Source of the DNA: a bacterium
Lineage (GTDB): Bacteria; UBA10199; 2-02-FULL-44-16; JAAZCA01
Direction: 5' to 3'
DNA length: 64,000 nt
Assembly (NCBI GenBank): GCA_963674695.2
Contig: CAXXGI010000002.1
Location: 448,001-512,000, forward strand
Shown: one piece after another, positions 28,854 to 39,112 of the stretch
Layout: every line of letters starts with the position of its first letter
How positions within the stretch are numbered: position 1 is the stretch's first letter
The notes under the pieces: generated by a model
Seen by the model: only the letters and a program-made list of their open reading frames with translations
Databases searched by the model: none
Told to the model about the DNA's origin: nothing
Translations under genes and position numbers: made by a program

Positions 28854-30191
28854 ATGGCAAACGTGAAGAACGGAAAGAAGAAGATCAAGAAGGCGAAGCA
28901 GAGCGGCAGCTTCGAGTATGACAACCGGTCGATCACGAGCATCAGCGCCTTTGAAAACGCGCTCACCCAGTTCGATGCGGCGGCAGAGGTCATCGGTCTC
29001 ACTCCCGATCAGGTGGCGGTCATCCGTCAGCCGCGCAAGATCGTGGAGGTCAAGCTCCCGGTGCGCATGGACGATGGCTCCGTCGAGGTCTTCACCGCTT
29101 ATCGCGTGCAGCACAACATCGCGCGCGGCCCGGCCAAGGGCGGCGTCCGCTTTCATCCCGATGTCAACCTCGACGAGGTCAAGGCGCTCGCCTTCTGGAT
29201 GACCTTCAAGTGTGCGACCGTGGGCATTCCCATGGGCGGCGGCAAGGGCGGCATCGTTGTCGATCCCTCCGATATCTCGAAGGGAGAACTCGAACGCCTC
29301 TCGCGCCGTTATTTTGCTGATCTCATCGACATGTTCGGACCCGATCGCGATGTGCCCGCGCCGGATGTCGGCACCAATCCTGAGGTGATGTGTTGGTTCA
29401 TGGATACCTATTCCATGCACTATAACGATTTCACGCCGGCGGTGGTCACCGGAAAACCTTTGGGGCTGGGCGGATCCGAAGGACGCATGGAGGCCACCGC
29501 GCAGGGCATGGTCTATTGTCTGCGCGAAGCGGCCAATGTGAAGGGGTTTTCCATCAAGAACGCGACGGTGGCGATTCAGGGGTTTGGCAACGCCGGCGCC
29601 AATGCGGCCAAGCTCCTGGCCGCCGACGGGGCGCGCATCGTGGCCATCTCGGATGTCTCCGGCGCCTATCGCAACGACGACGGCATCGATATCAATGCGG
29701 CCATTGCGCATTGTAAAGAACACCGCACGCTGGCAGGGTTTGAACAGGACGGAAAAGTTCAGTGTATGGACGATCCGATGAAGCTCCTGGAGCTGCCCGT
29801 CGATATCCTCATCCCCGCGGCGCTCGAAAATCAGATCACGCATAAGAACGCCGATCAGATTCAGGCCAAGGTTATCGCCGAGTGCGCCAACGGTCCGATC
29901 ACGCCGAAGGCCGATGCGGTCCTCGATGCGAAGGGGACCTTCATCATCCCCGACATCCTCTGCAACGCGGGTGGCGTGACCGTCTCCTACCTCGAGTGGG
30001 TGCAGAACCGCATGGGCTACTATTGGGACAACGAGCGCATCCAGGAAGACCTGGGCAAGTACATGACGCGCGCCTTCCAGGCGGTGTACAAGGCGTCGCA
30101 GAAACACGAGATCAGCATGCGCGTGGCGGCCTTTGTCGTCGCCATTCAGCGCGTCATCCGCGCGGCCGAGATGCGCGGACTCTATGCGTAA
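28854..30191 (+). CDS. gdhA: Glu/Leu/Phe/Val dehydrogenase (glutamate dehydrogenase)
   Basis: RGPAKGG.RF, GGGKGG, DVPAPD, VVTGKP, QGFGN.G and NAGGVTVSY; RBS aggagg. Confidence 0.93.
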   Translation: MANVKNGKKKIKKAKQSGSFEYDNRSITSISAFENALTQFDAAAEVIGLTPDQVAVIRQPRKIVEVKLPVRMDDGSVEVFTAYRVQHNIARGPAKGGVRFHPDVNLDEVKALAFWMTFKCATVGIPMGGGKGGIVVDPSDISKGELERLSRRYFADLIDMFGPDRDVPAPDVGTNPEVMCWFMDTYSMHYNDFTPAVVTGKPLGLGGSEGRMEATAQGMVYCLREAANVKGFSIKNATVAIQGFGNAGANAAKLLAADGARIVAISDVSGAYRNDDGIDINAAIAHCKEHRTLAGFEQDGKVQCMDDPMKLLELPVDILIPAALENQITHKNADQIQAKVIAECANGPITPKADAVLDAKGTFIIPDILCNAGGVTVSYLEWVQNRMGYYWDNERIQEDLGKYMTRAFQAVYKASQKHEISMRVAAFVVAIQRVIRAAEMRGLYA

Positions 30192-30305
30192 GGCGCTGCC
30201 GTCATGCGGTGTCAAACCGGACGATCGGGCGGGTTCGCTGAGGTGCGGGCCCGCTCTTTCTTTAACTATATGATATTATAGCGGAAATATTTTTTCCCTT
30301 TTGGG

Positions 30306-30333
30306 GAAACATTTCCCTCTCCGCAACCGATAA
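30306..30333 (+). promoter_or_regulatory. sigma28-like promoter GAAAC-N16-CCGATAA
   Basis: gaaac-atttccctctccgcaa-ccgataa, with an IHF-like AT box at about 30263. Confidence 0.6.
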
Positions 30334-30403
30334 TAAGAAGAGGGATTATTGTTGTTCAGGGGTATGAAGGGGAAGGGCGCGGTGCGCTCCTCCGGAGGGG
30401 TTT

Positions 30404-31129
30404 ATGGTCGTCGAAAAGATCAGCGCACAGGCAGCCGGCCTGCCGCCATCGTGGATGCCACGCGTGAGCACGGGCGGGCAGGCGATGGGCAATGCCGAAG
30501 CGATCAAGAAGATGCTCGGCGAGCCGATTCCACAGATGGTCGATCCGTCGACCCTTTCCGATGCGGTGGCCAAGTTCTTCGGGCCAAACGGTATGCTCGA
30601 ACGGTTGCGCCGAAAGCTCGCCCTCTTCTCGCGCAAGAAGGGCGGGAAGTTTATTCCTGCGCGCAATACGGTCGCATCCGTCGATGAAGAGGATAACGTC
30701 TACGTCGGCGTTGAATTTCTCGAACAGTTTGGCGAGGACGAAGATCTCATCGCCGGGGTTATCGCGCACGAGTGGGGGCACATGCTCTCGGATCTTCCGC
30801 GTGGCGTGGACTGGTCGCATCTGAGCTGGGAGGAGCTCTTCGCCCTGCGTCGTGACGAGGAGGGGGATGCCGACGGTTTTGCCGGTCGCGCGATGCAGCT
30901 CATGGGATATTCGCCCAAGTCGATGATCGCGTTTCTTGCCGCCAACGACAAGCGGCGCAAAGAGAAGAAATTGCCCTGCCACAAGTATCACAATCACGCC
31001 ACGCGTGAGGCGATCCTGTTGGAATCCTTCAAAGCGCAAAAGGAATCGATGGAGGTCGCGCGTCGCCTCTTCTTCGGCGGCAAGGATTCGACGGGTCCAA
31101 AGATTGGGCGCGTCATCGGGGCGGGTTAA
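30404..31129 (+). CDS. M48-like zinc metallopeptidase-domain protein without signal peptide
   Basis: VIAHEWGH plus downstream EE.DAD; RBS ggagggg. Confidence 0.7.
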   Translation: MVVEKISAQAAGLPPSWMPRVSTGGQAMGNAEAIKKMLGEPIPQMVDPSTLSDAVAKFFGPNGMLERLRRKLALFSRKKGGKFIPARNTVASVDEEDNVYVGVEFLEQFGEDEDLIAGVIAHEWGHMLSDLPRGVDWSHLSWEELFALRRDEEGDADGFAGRAMQLMGYSPKSMIAFLAANDKRRKEKKLPCHKYHNHATREAILLESFKAQKESMEVARRLFFGGKDSTGPKIGRVIGAG

Positions 31130-31134
31130 AAGCA

Positions 31135-31196
31135 GTGGGAAGTGGGAAGTGGAAAGTGGAAAGTGGAAAAGTCACTTCTCACATTTAACTTTTCAC
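31135..31196. repeat. heptamer short tandem repeats (gtgggaa/gtggaaa) with inverted tail
   Basis: gtgggaa gtgggaa gtggaaa gtggaaa gtggaaa between convergent stop codons. Confidence 0.7.
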
Positions 31197-31505
31197 TGCA
31201 TCTCGCATCCATTCCAGATAGTCGTCGCTGCCGTCGATGATCGGCATCACCAAAAACTCCGGCACTTCATAGCTGTGGTGTTTCTCAATCAGGCGGCGCA
31301 CCGCTTTGATCTGTTTGTCGTGGGTCTTGATCAGCAGGAGGTATTCCTGTTCGTCGTGGATCTTCCCCTCCCATTCATAGATCGAGTTGATCTTCGAGAC
31401 GATCTGCACGCAGGCGGCTGCGCGCTCGCGCACGAGGATTTCGGCAAGCCCTTTGGCTTCGCGTTCGGTGTTGGTGGTGGTCATGGCCAGAACCGGTTCG
31501 ATCAT
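31185..31505 (-). CDS. cutA: divalent-cation tolerance protein CutA
   Basis: AACVQ, SIYEWEG, E.LLLIKT and HSYEVPE. Confidence 0.93.
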   Translation of the reverse strand: MIEPVLAMTTTNTEREAKGLAEILVRERAAACVQIVSKINSIYEWEGKIHDEQEYLLLIKTHDKQIKAVRRLIEKHHSYEVPEFLVMPIIDGSDDYLEWMRDAVKS

Positions 31506-31509
31506 GACG

Positions 31510-32055
31510 TTATCCCTCGTTGGCATCGAATGGAATTCCGGATTGAACCTCGACGGCGCGTGCGAGCAGGAAGAGGTAGTCGGAAATGCGGTTGATATAG
31601 ATGAGCCCCTGCGGGTTTTGATAGGCGCCCTCTTCGGCGAGTCGGACGGCGTTGCGCTCGAGGCGTCGCGCCACCGTTCGGGCGACCTCCAGCGCGGCCG
31701 ATGCCGTGCAGGTGCCGGGGATCAGGAACGATTTCGGCAATTGGATCTGTCCCTCGATCTTCCGGATGCGCGCCTCGATGGCGATGACGTGTTCCTCGGC
31801 GGTCGCCTCGACCCAGTCGTGCTGGTCCGGATCGATCGCCGCGAACTCCGCGGCCAGACGAAAGAGCCCGACCTGCAGATGGCGTATTTCCTTCGCGAGT
31901 GCCGCATCCTTGATGAACGTGCGCGCCAACCCCAGCTGCGCGGCGAGCTCATCGATGGTGCCGTAGGCCTCGAGGCGCACATCCGCTTTGGAAACCTCTT
32001 CGCCGGAGAGCAGCCTGGTTGTGCGCCGATCCCCCTTTTTCGTAACGATGCTCAT
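31510..32055 (-). CDS. cob(I)alamin adenosyltransferase (PduO-type)
   Basis: SIVTKKGD..T, EAYGTIDEL, ARTVARRLER and YINRISDYLF. Confidence 0.88.
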   Translation of the reverse strand: MSIVTKKGDRRTTRLLSGEEVSKADVRLEAYGTIDELAAQLGLARTFIKDAALAKEIRHLQVGLFRLAAEFAAIDPDQHDWVEATAEEHVIAIEARIRKIEGQIQLPKSFLIPGTCTASAALEVARTVARRLERNAVRLAEEGAYQNPQGLIYINRISDYLFLLARAVEVQSGIPFDANEG

Positions 32056-32186
32056 GGCCACGGACCATAGAGGCTCGGGCGCCATTTGTAAACGGGACCG
32101 TTTTTCGCTGGCACGACGCGGAATGAGGCGTACAATACGGTCCATCGTCAATGGTCCATGGTCGCTCTTTCAATGGGGGAGGAATT

Positions 32187-32675
32187 ATGTTCGTCTTTCG
32201 CACCGTCGTTTGGGGCGCCATCTTCTCTTTTTTGGCGCTCATCGCGGGTCCCTTCATCGCCGTGCAGTTCGACGGCAGTTTCCCCGATGTCGCTCTCGGC
32301 ATATGGCGCACGCTCGGAGCACCGCTTATCGTCGTTGGGCTCGCCCTCACGCTCTACTGCGCATGGGCGCTCTTCGTCCCGGGCAAATCGCGCCCGGCGC
32401 CGTATGACGCCGGCGGCGCCTTCACCATCGCGGGCCCCTATCGCTTCGTGCGCAACCCCTACATGCTGGGCATCTTGCTCGCCGCATGGGGCGAGGTGCT
32501 CGTCATGAGCCTCGTGGCCATGTTCGTCTATGCGTTTTTGCTGACCTGGGTGATTCACTTCTGGGTCGTCTTCTATGAGGAGCCCTCTCTGCAGGAGAGC
32601 TTCGGCCCGGAATACGAGACCTACCGCCGCGCCGTCCCGCGCTGGTTCCCCAAACTCCGTCGTTATCGGGGGTGA
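32187..32675 (+). CDS. isoprenylcysteine carboxyl methyltransferase-family membrane protein
   Basis: GPYRFVRNP, EE..L...FG..Y..Y...VPRW and TM helices. Confidence 0.85.
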   Translation: MFVFRTVVWGAIFSFLALIAGPFIAVQFDGSFPDVALGIWRTLGAPLIVVGLALTLYCAWALFVPGKSRPAPYDAGGAFTIAGPYRFVRNPYMLGILLAAWGEVLVMSLVAMFVYAFLLTWVIHFWVVFYEEPSLQESFGPEYETYRRAVPRWFPKLRRYRG

Positions 32676-33272
32676 TTAGAACGCGTCGTCGATGGGGGTG
32701 GGGGCGAAGGGTGAGGGTTCGCCGCCGATCTCGGCTCGCAGCTCGGCGATGCGCGTCATCCACTCCGGGTCGGCGCCGAGCAGGGCTTCGGCCTTGTCCA
32801 GGAGTCCGAGGGCGGCATCCCCTTCATCCTGTCGTGCGCGCGTGAGCGCGAGCGAGTAGTAGGCCACCCCGTTGGTGCCGTCCACGTTGATCGCATCGCG
32901 GAAGAACGTGGTGGCGCGATCGTACTCCTGCGCTTCGAGCATCGCGTTTCCCTTTTCCACCAATCGCATCGAGGCATGGCGTTTCGGCGTGGCCGCCTGT
33001 GCGGCTGCAGCCGCAGCGGGGGCTTCGGCGGGACGAATGACTTCCTTCGGTGCGGTGCGCTTCTGTGGCAGGCGTTTGTGCGTGGGGCGTTTTGGCATCT
33101 CGGCACATCCGGCGAGAATGGTCCCCGCCAGCAGCATGACGCCGATCAGAAGTAATCCGGTGCGTCGGTTTTTTGTGCCGGTGCGGGTGGTGCTGCCGGT
33201 GCGATGCGTGTGGCCTCGCCGGAAAGCGGCGGGGGTGTGAACGACGGGGCAGAAAGGTCGATATCCTCGCAT
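32676..33272 (-). CDS. TPR lipoprotein, LpoP-like PBP1B partner (start uncertain: 33272 or 33137)
   Basis: Lipobox ILAG-C, Pro/Ala linker and two TPRs; directly downstream of mrcB. Confidence 0.7.
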   Translation of the reverse strand: MRGYRPFCPVVHTPAAFRRGHTHRTGSTTRTGTKNRRTGLLLIGVMLLAGTILAGCAEMPKRPTHKRLPQKRTAPKEVIRPAEAPAAAAAAQAATPKRHASMRLVEKGNAMLEAQEYDRATTFFRDAINVDGTNGVAYYSLALTRARQDEGDAALGLLDKAEALLGADPEWMTRIAELRAEIGGEPSPFAPTPIDDAF

Positions 33273-35596
33273 GCGAGCTCCGGTTCCGTGCCTTCGATAA
33301 AGGCTTCAAAGATGCCGCCGGGGCAGCTGTTGCTCACGAGCCCGCCGGTTACCGGATCGATCTTTACCAGAATCACCCCGGGCGGGCTAGGGAATTTCCC
33401 CGATTCCTCAGCTGCGGCCTGCTTCATGAAGTGCGTCCAGATCGGCAGGGCCGCACGACCGCCGCTCATCTTCATCTCGGCGTTGTCGTCGAAGCCGACC
33501 CAGGCCAGCGCCAAGAGGTTCGGCGTGAAGCCGACGAACCACGCATCGCGATAGTTCGAGGTGGTTCCGGTTTTTCCCCCAGCCGGTGCGGTGAATCCGC
33601 GTGCGCGTGTGCCCGCGCCGGTGCCGCGATCGACGACCCCTTCGAGGAGCTTGGTCGTCACCGCCACGGGGGCGGCATCGAAGGCGCGCTTCATACGGAT
33701 CTGTTTCTTCTCCAAAACATCGTTTTCCTTCGTGACGACGTTGATGATGGCGATCGGCTGCGCCAGAATGCCGCCGTTGGGAAAGATCGTGTAGGCGGAA
33801 GCCATCTCCATCGGGCTCACCTCGAACGCGCCGAGCGAGAGCGACGGCACTGCCATCAGCTCACTGGTGATCCCCGCGTCGCGCGCAGTGGCGACGACGT
33901 TTTCGAGCCCTGCCTCCAGGGCGAGTTTTGCGGTGGCGATGTTGTAGCTCTTCTCCAGTGCGCGACGGAGCGTGACCGGGCCATGATCCTTCTTGTCGTA
34001 GTTGCGCGGCTTCCAGTTTTTACCGCCCGATTCCACGTCAAAGCTGCTGTCGTCGATGATCGAAGCGGGCGTGAAGAGCTTGTCCGTGCGGCGCGCATCG
34101 AAGGCGGTGAGATAGACGAAGGGTTTGAAGGTCGAGCCGGGCTGGCGCGCGGCCTGCGTGCAGCGATCGAACTGGCTTGAGCCATAGTCGCGTCCGCCCA
34201 CGAGCGCGCGAACATAGCCGTTGTTGGGCTGAATGGTGATGAGACAGGCCTGCAGCGGGTCGGCATGATCCTTCGGCAACAGGTGCGCGAAGTCCTTCTC
34301 GAGGAGCTTAAGCTCCTCGCTCACGGCCGCTTCGGCGGCGACCTGCATCGTCGTGTCGAGGGTCGTGAAGATGCGAAGGCCCTCGGTCGTGAGCGTCTCG
34401 GGCGAATAGAACTCCGCCAGCTGTCGTTTGACGAAGTCGGTGAAGTAGGGCGCGGCGCCGACGCGAATGCGCAGCTTCGGCGTCACGATCCGTTCGGCGC
34501 GCGCCCGTTGGTAGTCCTCATTCGAGACGAGGCCATTCTCCCGCATGCGTTGCAACACGAAGTCACGCCGCTCGCGAGCGGCCTCGGGGTGTCGCATCGG
34601 ATTGTATTTCGAGGGGGAACGGATCATGCCCGCGAGCAGCGCGCACTCGCCGAGGGTGAGTTGATCGACGTTCTTGCCGAAGTAGAGGCGGCTGGCCTCG
34701 GCCACGCCCGAGACGGAGGAGGCGCCGCGTTGCCCCAGGTAGATTTCATTGAGATAGGCCTGTAGGATTTCGGACTTGCTGTGCGTGCGTTCGATGCGCC
34801 AGGCCATGATCGCTTCGTTAAGCTTGCGGGCATAGGTCTTCTTCGCGTGCAGGAAGAAGTTTTTCACGAGCTGTTGGGTGAGCGTCGAGCCGCCCTGCAC
34901 GATGCGCATCGATCTCAAGTTCACGAGCGCCGCGCGCAGGATGCCGATGGGATCCACACCCCCGTGTTTGAAAAAACGCTCATCCTCGATGAGCACGATC
35001 GCCTCGACGAGCGTCGGCGGTACCTCGGCGAGCGTGACGATCGTGCGGTCCTCCATCAGGTCGTTGAAAATCGAAGTGATCAGTTCCGGTTCGAGTCGGA
35101 TCAGGTCGAGCCCTTCGCGGTCGTCGAGGTTGACGATGCTCGCGATCGTCTTTCCGGAGAGGAGCAGACGGACCGGAAAACCGGCGAAGCGTTCGTCCGG
35201 GTAATCGAAATCGTGCAGATAGATGTCGAGCCGTCCCTCGCCCAGGGCATAGTCGCCGGGGCCACGGATCTCTTCGCCCGTATTGCGGTAGCCCAGGCGG
35301 TCGAGCTTGGCGACGATGCGGCGAGCAGCGGTATTCGTGCCGGGATAGAGGTATTCGGCATCGGAGTAGACGCGCGAGGGGAGATCCCAGCGGCGCTGCT
35401 GGTCGAACTGCTCCGCGATCGTGCGGTCGATGCGACGACCGTAATAGAGCAGCGCCACCGTGCCGATGATGATGAGAACGATGAGCAGCTTCACGATACG
35501 CCAGAGAAAACGCGCCTTCTCCCGCAGCGTGCGTTTCTTTGACGTCGGTTTCTTTCGACGCGAGGTAAAACTCTTGTAGCGTTTGCGAGGGCACAT
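33146..35596 (-). CDS. mrcB: penicillin-binding protein 1B
   Basis: TM anchor, UB2H-like insert, GT motifs EDERF and GGSTLTQQLVKN, and TP motifs STFK, SYN and KTG. Confidence 0.93.
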   Translation of the reverse strand: MCPRKRYKSFTSRRKKPTSKKRTLREKARFLWRIVKLLIVLIIIGTVALLYYGRRIDRTIAEQFDQQRRWDLPSRVYSDAEYLYPGTNTAARRIVAKLDRLGYRNTGEEIRGPGDYALGEGRLDIYLHDFDYPDERFAGFPVRLLLSGKTIASIVNLDDREGLDLIRLEPELITSIFNDLMEDRTIVTLAEVPPTLVEAIVLIEDERFFKHGGVDPIGILRAALVNLRSMRIVQGGSTLTQQLVKNFFLHAKKTYARKLNEAIMAWRIERTHSKSEILQAYLNEIYLGQRGASSVSGVAEASRLYFGKNVDQLTLGECALLAGMIRSPSKYNPMRHPEAARERRDFVLQRMRENGLVSNEDYQRARAERIVTPKLRIRVGAAPYFTDFVKRQLAEFYSPETLTTEGLRIFTTLDTTMQVAAEAAVSEELKLLEKDFAHLLPKDHADPLQACLITIQPNNGYVRALVGGRDYGSSQFDRCTQAARQPGSTFKPFVYLTAFDARRTDKLFTPASIIDDSSFDVESGGKNWKPRNYDKKDHGPVTLRRALEKSYNIATAKLALEAGLENVVATARDAGITSELMAVPSLSLGAFEVSPMEMASAYTIFPNGGILAQPIAIINVVTKENDVLEKKQIRMKRAFDAAPVAVTTKLLEGVVDRGTGAGTRARGFTAPAGGKTGTTSNYRDAWFVGFTPNLLALAWVGFDDNAEMKMSGGRAALPIWTHFMKQAAAEESGKFPSPPGVILVKIDPVTGGLVSNSCPGGIFEAFIEGTEPELACEDIDLSAPSFTPPPLSGEATRIAPAAPPAPAQKTDAPDYF

Positions 35597-35670
35597 GGTT
35601 CGCTACCATGAGAAAAAAGGATTGATTTCGCAAGGGGATTACATAGAACCTTTCAGAAGTTGGTTTTTGC

Positions 35671-35741
35671 TGTCATTCCCGAGGAGTCGGGAATCTCGAA
35701 GGACTTGAAAAATCGAGATTCCCGATTCCTCGGGAATGACA
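35671..35741. repeat. full palindromic dRS3/REP-like element
   Basis: tgtcattcccgaggagtcgggaatctcga...tcgagattcccgattcctcgggaatgaca; near-identical to the reverse complement of 62445-62515. Confidence 0.85.
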
Positions 35742-35813
35742 AAAACCGTTAAAATCGCCAGTTTCCGATAGGTTCTTTCCAGAGCAACGATTCGTGTGCT
35801 CGACGCATTGAGC

Positions 35814-35900
<87 letters not shown>

Positions 35901-36089
35901 CAATGCGTCGAGTTTTCAAAAGATTATGCTCTCATGCTTCTCCCGCCGGGATTTCCTCCGTGGCGCCAAAATTATGACGGTGTCAGCGTTTCGCCCGCCT
36001 GAATCCCTCACATTGAGAGTCGTGAAATCGATGGTCAAGTAATTCACTTGTTATTTCAATGGGTTATTAGATGTCCCCGACCGTTCCTT

Positions 36090-36106
36090 TCGGAATGATT
36101 CTTGCA
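36090..36106 (+). promoter_or_regulatory. sigma54 promoter candidate with upstream IHF-like box
   Basis: tcGGaatgattcttGCa (GG-N10-GC with TTGC); TTTCAATGGGTTA at about 36054. Confidence 0.5.
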
Positions 36107-36136
36107 AATAAGAAATGATGGCACAAGGAGGTCGTT

Positions 36137-37327
36137 ATGAAACGCACATGGATACTTCTCACCCTGGTCGTCCTCGTCGGCGTGGGCTCAAGCGCCTGCA
36201 GCAGCAAGGCGGCCAAAAAGGTCTACGATGAATGGGCCGAAAACCTGGATTTCTTTGTCGAGGATCCATCCCCGTATCAGCCCTCATCCTCGTCGGACGA
36301 CGACGATTCCGGAGGGTCCTCCCCTTCGGGCGATGACGACGACGATGCAGTGCCGCCCGAACCGGAGCCGGGACCTCAGTCGGTTATCGATCGGCTCGAT
36401 TTTTCGGTGACGATGGTGAAGGACGGTAGTGATTTTGGTGAGATCGTTTCCGGGTTCATCGACTTTACCTACGACGAGAATGGAATGCTCAAGCAGCTTG
36501 AGCAGACGTTCGATTCCATCGATGTGGGTAATCCCACTCAGAAGCGTTTCGAGTATACCGCCCAGCTCTTTACCTATGAGGGCGGCGTGTTGAAGGAGCA
36601 AAACGACTACGTGTTCAAAACCGAATATCCCTCCGTGGATCCAGCTCCGACCGTTCCTGCATTGGATACTTTTGATGATGAATACAAGAAGCAGCGAGAA
36701 TACGTCTACGATGCACAGGGCGTTCTCAAGGAGATCGTACTCACCAGCGGCGATAAGACCAAAGAGCTCTACACGGTTCATGAAGCAGAGGATGGATCGC
36801 GATGGGTCGAGATCAGGAAATCGAGTTTTGAGGATAACCAATGGAGCGATCCGTCGGAAAAGTATACGCGCATCGATCTCGACGCGAATGGCTTTCCGGC
36901 AAGCGAGATGAAGTGTGAAGCGTCTGGGTGTCGTGCGAATTCAAAGAAGACATTTCAGATTGTCGATCATGTTCTGCGGAAGTATGTCAGGACAGATCCG
37001 ATGCTGATGTATGCTATTGTGACAGATGCGGCAAATCAGGTGATCAGCGGGGAGCTGCTCGATGATGAATTGGGATTGTTTTCCATTACCCCCACCCGGG
37101 ATGAACAGGGTCGCATCGTCGAGGAAGTGATTATCAATGACGATTATGAGCCGGGTAATTCCATAATAACGAAGATCACCGAGGTTCATCAGGTGACGTG
37201 GCTTGAATTCGATCACCCCGTCATTTCTCCCCTCAAGAATATCCTCCTGACGCGATCGATTTCCGGAAAGCCCATGACCACGCTGCTCTACATGGATCAG
37301 CCGGAATTTCTCTTCCGGAAGTGGTAA
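36137..37327 (+). CDS. hypothetical lipoprotein with YD-like beta-hairpin repeats
   Basis: Lipobox-like SSA-C, Ser/Asp linker, YDENG/YDAQG/RDEQGR motifs and RBS aggagg. Confidence 0.75.
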   Translation: MKRTWILLTLVVLVGVGSSACSSKAAKKVYDEWAENLDFFVEDPSPYQPSSSSDDDDSGGSSPSGDDDDDAVPPEPEPGPQSVIDRLDFSVTMVKDGSDFGEIVSGFIDFTYDENGMLKQLEQTFDSIDVGNPTQKRFEYTAQLFTYEGGVLKEQNDYVFKTEYPSVDPAPTVPALDTFDDEYKKQREYVYDAQGVLKEIVLTSGDKTKELYTVHEAEDGSRWVEIRKSSFEDNQWSDPSEKYTRIDLDANGFPASEMKCEASGCRANSKKTFQIVDHVLRKYVRTDPMLMYAIVTDAANQVISGELLDDELGLFSITPTRDEQGRIVEEVIINDDYEPGNSIITKITEVHQVTWLEFDHPVISPLKNILLTRSISGKPMTTLLYMDQPEFLFRKW

Positions 37328-37343
37328 GCGATACGACGAAGAT

Positions 37344-37377
37344 AAAAAAACGGCGGGGCCTTCGCAGCCCCGCCGTT
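37344..37377. terminator. intrinsic terminator between convergent genes
   Basis: A7 then cggcggggc/gccccgccg stem. Confidence 0.8.
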
Positions 37378-37405
37378 GTTGTATGTGCGATGGGAGGTGA
37401 TGGGA

Positions 37406-39070
37406 TCAGTAATGCAGGCGAACCGTGCCGATAGGGTTGTTGCTGATAGCGCCTTCGCCGGTCATGATTTCGATTGCACCGTCATTGTTGAGATCGACCC
37501 CGATGCCACAGATGATCGAGAGCTGCTCGGGCAGGACGAGAAAGCTGTTGTCGATATCGATACTCTCGCCGCCCAGGATGATGCGAGATTCAAAGGCGGT
37601 GTTCACGACGAGCAGATCGTCGATCCCGTCGTCGTTGACATCCCCGGCGGGGGTTATGTCGTAGGCGAGCCCAAGGTCGATTACCTGGGGGGACTGGCTG
37701 GCAAAGGCCGTTCCGCCGGGATAGAGCTTTATCGTGGCCTCCGGCCAGGCGCTGCCCGAGGGATAGTTGGAAGAGGTGGTGATCAGGTCGGGATGGCCGT
37801 CGCCGTCCAGGTCGCCGAGGTTGTATTCGGTCCAGGGACGATAGGAGAATTCATCATCTCCACAGCCATCCGCGGCGGTTGGATCTATCGTGCGCCCCGG
37901 CGTCGAGGAGAAGCCGTCCGCACTCCCGAAAAAGACGTAGGTGCGTCCGCACCCTTCTGCGCCATAGTCGGGGGCCCCCACGACGAGGTCGCGAAAACCG
38001 TCGGCGTTGAGATCTCCCGGCGATCCGACGTTCATGCCGAACTCGGCGTTGGCCGTGAGGCCGGCCGGCTGCAGCTCGGTGAAGGGAACGGGATCGCCCG
38101 GCGTGGTGGTGTCGACGATATCCTGGCCGCTATAGAGGCGCACCACGCCTAGATTTTCATCCTCTGGATCGCCCACGGCGATCTCGCTCTTGCCATCGCC
38201 GTCGATATCGCCCAGGTCGGCGAACTCCTCGGCAAAGAGTTCGCGGTCTTCGTCGATGAAGATGATTCGATCCAATTCCGCAATCGCTATCTCGCCGCTG
38301 AAGCGTTTTCCATAATAGACTATAATTGCATAGTAGGGGCCGTCGCTGTCTCCATAGCGGATGAGAACATCCATCTTACCGTCGCCGTTGACATCCGAGA
38401 GGGCCAAATAGGTGGCAAAATAGTTATTTCCTGCCGCAGTCGGATTGATGAACTGCGCGGGAGCGCTCAAAGAGAGATCCGGTCCACCGAAGAAGAGATA
38501 GACGTCGGCATCGTCCGAACTGCCATTGTCGCCGACGAGCACGTCGTCGTAGCCGTCGCCGTCGACATCGCCCACGACCATGCGCATCGGTGTGAGGTTG
38601 GCCACGATGGCCGGCATCGACATCGATCGATAGTCGGTCTGCACCGTTGCGATGTTCGAGATCGCCGAGGTGTTTCCCTCGGCGTCGATCATCAGTATGG
38701 CGGCGTAGTAGGTGGTGTTGGGGATGAGCGATTCAAAGTCGTAGGTCTGCGTTTCACCGGACGCCGACGGTGTCGGGACATCGATGACGGCGCTGGCCGC
38801 GTCGAAATTCGTGGCGTTGATGATTTCCGTCGAGTAGCGGATGTCGTATTGGGCGATCGCCGCGCCGGACGGATGCGAATCGGGAACCGTCCAGGAGATC
38901 TGGTTGCGCGTCCCGGAGACCTGGGCAAGCGTGGTGACTCCCAACCAGGACAGGACGTCGCTGCCCCCTCCACTGGAGGGATCGTAATCGCCCATGCCGA
39001 TGCCCGCGCCGCAGCCGGCGGTGACGAAGATCACGCTCAGGATAAGACCGATGTACAGGGTGTGTTTCAT
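37406..39070 (-). CDS. lipoprotein with FN3-like domain and FG-GAP (integrin-like) repeats
   Basis: Lipobox TAG-C, YDIRYS and LIPNTTYYAA, repeated GDxDGDG.DDxxVG and FG.NVG...GAP. Confidence 0.85.
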   Translation of the reverse strand: MKHTLYIGLILSVIFVTAGCGAGIGMGDYDPSSGGGSDVLSWLGVTTLAQVSGTRNQISWTVPDSHPSGAAIAQYDIRYSTEIINATNFDAASAVIDVPTPSASGETQTYDFESLIPNTTYYAAILMIDAEGNTSAISNIATVQTDYRSMSMPAIVANLTPMRMVVGDVDGDGYDDVLVGDNGSSDDADVYLFFGGPDLSLSAPAQFINPTAAGNNYFATYLALSDVNGDGKMDVLIRYGDSDGPYYAIIVYYGKRFSGEIAIAELDRIIFIDEDRELFAEEFADLGDIDGDGKSEIAVGDPEDENLGVVRLYSGQDIVDTTTPGDPVPFTELQPAGLTANAEFGMNVGSPGDLNADGFRDLVVGAPDYGAEGCGRTYVFFGSADGFSSTPGRTIDPTAADGCGDDEFSYRPWTEYNLGDLDGDGHPDLITTSSNYPSGSAWPEATIKLYPGGTAFASQSPQVIDLGLAYDITPAGDVNDDGIDDLLVVNTAFESRIILGGESIDIDNSFLVLPEQLSIICGIGVDLNNDGAIEIMTGEGAISNNPIGTVRLHY

Positions 39071-39096
39071 AGGGTTCCCCCACGACAATCCTAATT

Positions 39097-39112
39097 AGCA
39101 AGGAGCGTGCCA
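39097..39112 (-). promoter_or_regulatory. sigma54 (-24/-12) promoter
   Basis: Minus strand TGGCACGCTCCTTGCT is a perfect consensus match. Confidence 0.85.
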
